A stretch of DNA of 64,000 nt from Nemertoderma westbladi (taxonomy: Eukaryota; Animalia; Xenacoelomorpha): contig JAUCBJ010006822.1 of assembly GCA_032718475.1 (NCBI GenBank), forward strand, positions 9,927 through 73,926. The letters run 5' to 3'. A program made the position numbers and the translations under genes. The notes under the pieces are model-generated. The model was not told the DNA's origin. It did not search any database and saw nothing but the letters and a program-made list of their open reading frames with translations. Below, piece after piece: positions 61,801-64,000 of the stretch (its first letter is position 1; every line of letters begins with the position of its first letter).

Positions 61801-64000
61801 CGGGAATACTAAATCAATCATTGGTAAGTATTCGTAGCGAAATCTGCGAAGGAAGTATAGTCACGTCAGAAGTTGCTCGACAACAGCAGCAGTTCTACAG
61901 ACAGCAACACGAGATAGAAGAACAAGCTCAACTTCTAATGATACAAACAGCAGTAGAGGAAGAGAAAATACGTGTTGCGAATGTAGCGAGAATCTCTCAT
62001 CTGCAGGAACAAGCCGAACTCGAAGCGGCCGAAATGGAAAGGTTAGAGTTGGACATTGCCCAACAAGCGGCAACGGCCGAGTTAGCGCAACGAACGGCAA
62101 CAGCCGAGTTAGAGCGACAAACGGCAGCGGCAGCGGCCGAGTTAGAGCGACAAACGGCAGCGGCAGCTGCAGCGGCTGAGTTAGAGCGACAAACGGCTGC
62201 GGCAGAGTTAGAGCGACAAACGGCTGCGGCAGAGTTAGAGCGACAAAGAGTAGTTTCGGAAGCCAGAGTCGAGATGAAGACACGGCAAATAAAAGCCCAA
62301 CAAGCGATACGACAAGCAGAGTTCGAGGCGCAACAACAACATACGGAACAACGAGAAAAGGAAGTTAAACTTCGTTTCGAACTTGAGAAGAGGGCGAGAG
62401 AATTAGCCGAAACTAAGGAAAATCTGGATCTTCTAGCCCGCGATCGATCGATGAGATCTCGCGACGGACATGATTTGGACCAGTTAGAGGTAAGACATCG
62501 CCAAATTCAGGAACGGAAGAAGGAAGGAAGCGTAGGAGCACCCGGACGGGAACGACAATTAGTAAAAGACGTGTGTCAACGATTCCCACAGGTAACTCAT
62601 ATGTTTGCACCGGTTAAGACTAAGGAACCTGTTTCGATTGCGGGTAGTAGTGATATTTCTCCTATCCATGGTGCGACGGAACACAGGTTTGTTATTCCGA
62701 ACGAGTTTATACCGCCAAGAGCAACGTCGTCGCCTATTCCGAGAGTCAAGGTAAGTAACCCACCGATTACAGATCGTAGTAGTTTATTGACCGGACCTGC
62801 GCTACTGACGACAAAACAGGTGAGTCCACCTTTGACGCCTAAACCCGTTACACATTACGCTTACCCAATGACGTTTCGACCTACAAGGCCAGTTGTTTCA
62901 AATGCTGTCATTCGCCCACCGGTTCAGTTTACATCGCAATCTACGACTTCGAGGAAGACTTGTGAGCCTACCGAACAACGGAGATCAGTGGACGATGTTC
63001 CGAAACGAGCCGTTAGAATTCGTACGACGCAACGAACGCGAGCACGTCGACCACCATATCCAGATGATAGTAGTACTTCGAGCGAATCGGATTACCCGAA
63101 ACGCGAGGTATTTAGAACGGGGGCGGCCGATGAATATAAACGCGAGCGTTCAGACAACTCCTTTGCAGACAATCCTCCACAGAATACACCGACACAGAAG
63201 GCGTTACCACCAGCGGGCGCGATCGGTGCGCAACAGTTCGCCGACATTGTCAACAAGTTGGCCCGGATTGAGGAACGTCTGGAGGAAGGTTACACCGACA
63301 GTTCGAGAAATTCCGAATTCGAACACAATAGACACCCGAAGGGACCACAAAGACCGGTACCTTCAAACCCCATATCGTATCAGGGAAAAGCGCCAAGAAG
63401 GGATATCAACCAAGTTACCAACCAAGGACGCGAAACTCTGAACGTTGCCGAGGAGATAGCGAAATTCGCAGCCAGACAGGGATTGCCGGTACAACAACCA
63501 CCGAAGTTTTCCGGTAGCTCAAAACACTGGCATACCTTCGTAGACTATATCGAATCCCAGATCGCCGTGTGCGCCTTTACATCACGGGAGAAGTTCAATT
63601 ACCTGCTCCAAACGTTGTCAGGAGAACCTAAACGTTTGGCGGAGACTTTCGTCGGTGTACCAGACGCTTTCGAACTAGCGTACGATCGTTTGACTTCGAT
63701 ATACGGAGGTACAGTGAGTATGGCCAGGTCAGTAATAGAAGAACTCTGTAAGGGAGGGGCTATCACTAAACCCGTCGACTTACTAAAACTAGCTGACGAA
63801 ATCAAGAACGCTATCACTACCTTAAGATCAATTGGACAACTTGATTACGGAAATACCCCTACAGTCCTATTAAAAATCATAGGACGACTCCACCATCGAC
63901 TTCGTCGGGAGTGGAGGAAGGTCGAATACCAGCGAGAGGAGCGAGGAGGATTCCTGAAATTAGAAGATGTGTACCTTTTAATATCCAGGGAGGCGGTAGT
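58830..64000 (+). mobile_element. BEL/Pao LTR retrotransposon 2 (5' part), left boundary uncertain
   Basis: Long non-coding leader followed by a gag ORF with a DUF1759-like domain. Confidence 0.7.
61059..64000 (+). CDS. gag: BEL/Pao Gag (partial, ~980 codons, runs off the window; absent from the ORF track)
   Basis: ATG 61059 (MSDKQDY); AELERQTAA coiled-coil repeats at ~62070-62250; same frame gives LPVQQPPKFSGSSKHWHTF...EKFNYLLQTLSGEP...LRREW, parallel to the Gag core of element 1. Confidence 0.85.
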   Translation, partial: MSDKQDYTKNTQTDYDSCDADKSAAEEPQGKTREPTEPTPCASPVHPTGVPDAVVRGDGRTEDFLTVPQPRYRETELVSSAGSTESVVRSVGGYMAHITRSIGEGQRILDGLTAPMSRFEFYTLQVRVQSKVYKSVDNLVGLQDLARQRQDMDTQLRILEKLMITREKLIQFKSTIRQIQQEQADQLLGESVSDELLQPEEEQELYRLDGQLKHLTDHLRMCGEDVGDLETVPEYTRETSFAQIESAPGILNQSLVSIRSEICEGSIVTSEVARQQQQFYRQQHEIEEQAQLLMIQTAVEEEKIRVANVARISHLQEQAELEAAEMERLELDIAQQAATAELAQRTATAELERQTAAAAAELERQTAAAAAAAELERQTAAAELERQTAAAELERQRVVSEARVEMKTRQIKAQQAIRQAEFEAQQQHTEQREKEVKLRFELEKRARELAETKENLDLLARDRSMRSRDGHDLDQLEVRHRQIQERKKEGSVGAPGRERQLVKDVCQRFPQVTHMFAPVKTKEPVSIAGSSDISPIHGATEHRFVIPNEFIPPRATSSPIPRVKVSNPPITDRSSLLTGPALLTTKQVSPPLTPKPVTHYAYPMTFRPTRPVVSNAVIRPPVQFTSQSTTSRKTCEPTEQRRSVDDVPKRAVRIRTTQRTRARRPPYPDDSSTSSESDYPKREVFRTGAADEYKRERSDNSFADNPPQNTPTQKALPPAGAIGAQQFADIVNKLARIEERLEEGYTDSSRNSEFEHNRHPKGPQRPVPSNPISYQGKAPRRDINQVTNQGRETLNVAEEIAKFAARQGLPVQQPPKFSGSSKHWHTFVDYIESQIAVCAFTSREKFNYLLQTLSGEPKRLAETFVGVPDAFELAYDRLTSIYGGTVSMARSVIEELCKGGAITKPVDLLKLADEIKNAITTLRSIGQLDYGNTPTVLLKIIGRLHHRLRREWRKVEYQREERGGFLKLEDVYLLISREAV

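Noticed and set aside
47350-63817. Many antisense and alternate-frame ORFs over the BEL genes (e.g. 54948-55667, 62893-63441)
   Set aside because: Shadows of GC- and purine-rich coding sequence with no motifs

Overview
Repeat-only window from an AT-rich eukaryotic (probably invertebrate) genome; no host gene is recognisable. (1) 1-34593 is a near-gap-free head-to-tail chain of 24 non-autonomous Helentron/HINE (DINE-1/Pearl-like) elements, plus 2 more nested in inverted orientation. They belong to two end families (subTIR AGGAACCGA/TCGGTTCCT or AGCAAGTCG/CGACTTGCT). 22 of 23 junctions are exactly hairpin-CTAG|TTAG, and all 25 complete units have matching 5' and 3' ends. (2) 34.6-39.9 kb holds decayed LINE and pogo-like fragments. 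(3) 39.9-46.7 kb is a minus-strand APE-RT LINE interrupted by a TTAA MITE and by a 5'-truncated LINE. (4) 46.7-58.3 kb is a BEL/Pao LTR retrotransposon whose pol is followed by a hairpin satellite and an extra ORF with WRN/EXD-type DEDDy 3'-5' exonuclease motifs. (5) A tRNA-derived fragment and the gag of a second BEL/Pao element run off the window end. The two best leads are the cassette-like mixed Helentron chain and the exonuclease ORF in the BEL element. All calls were made by eye, with no alignment or database search.
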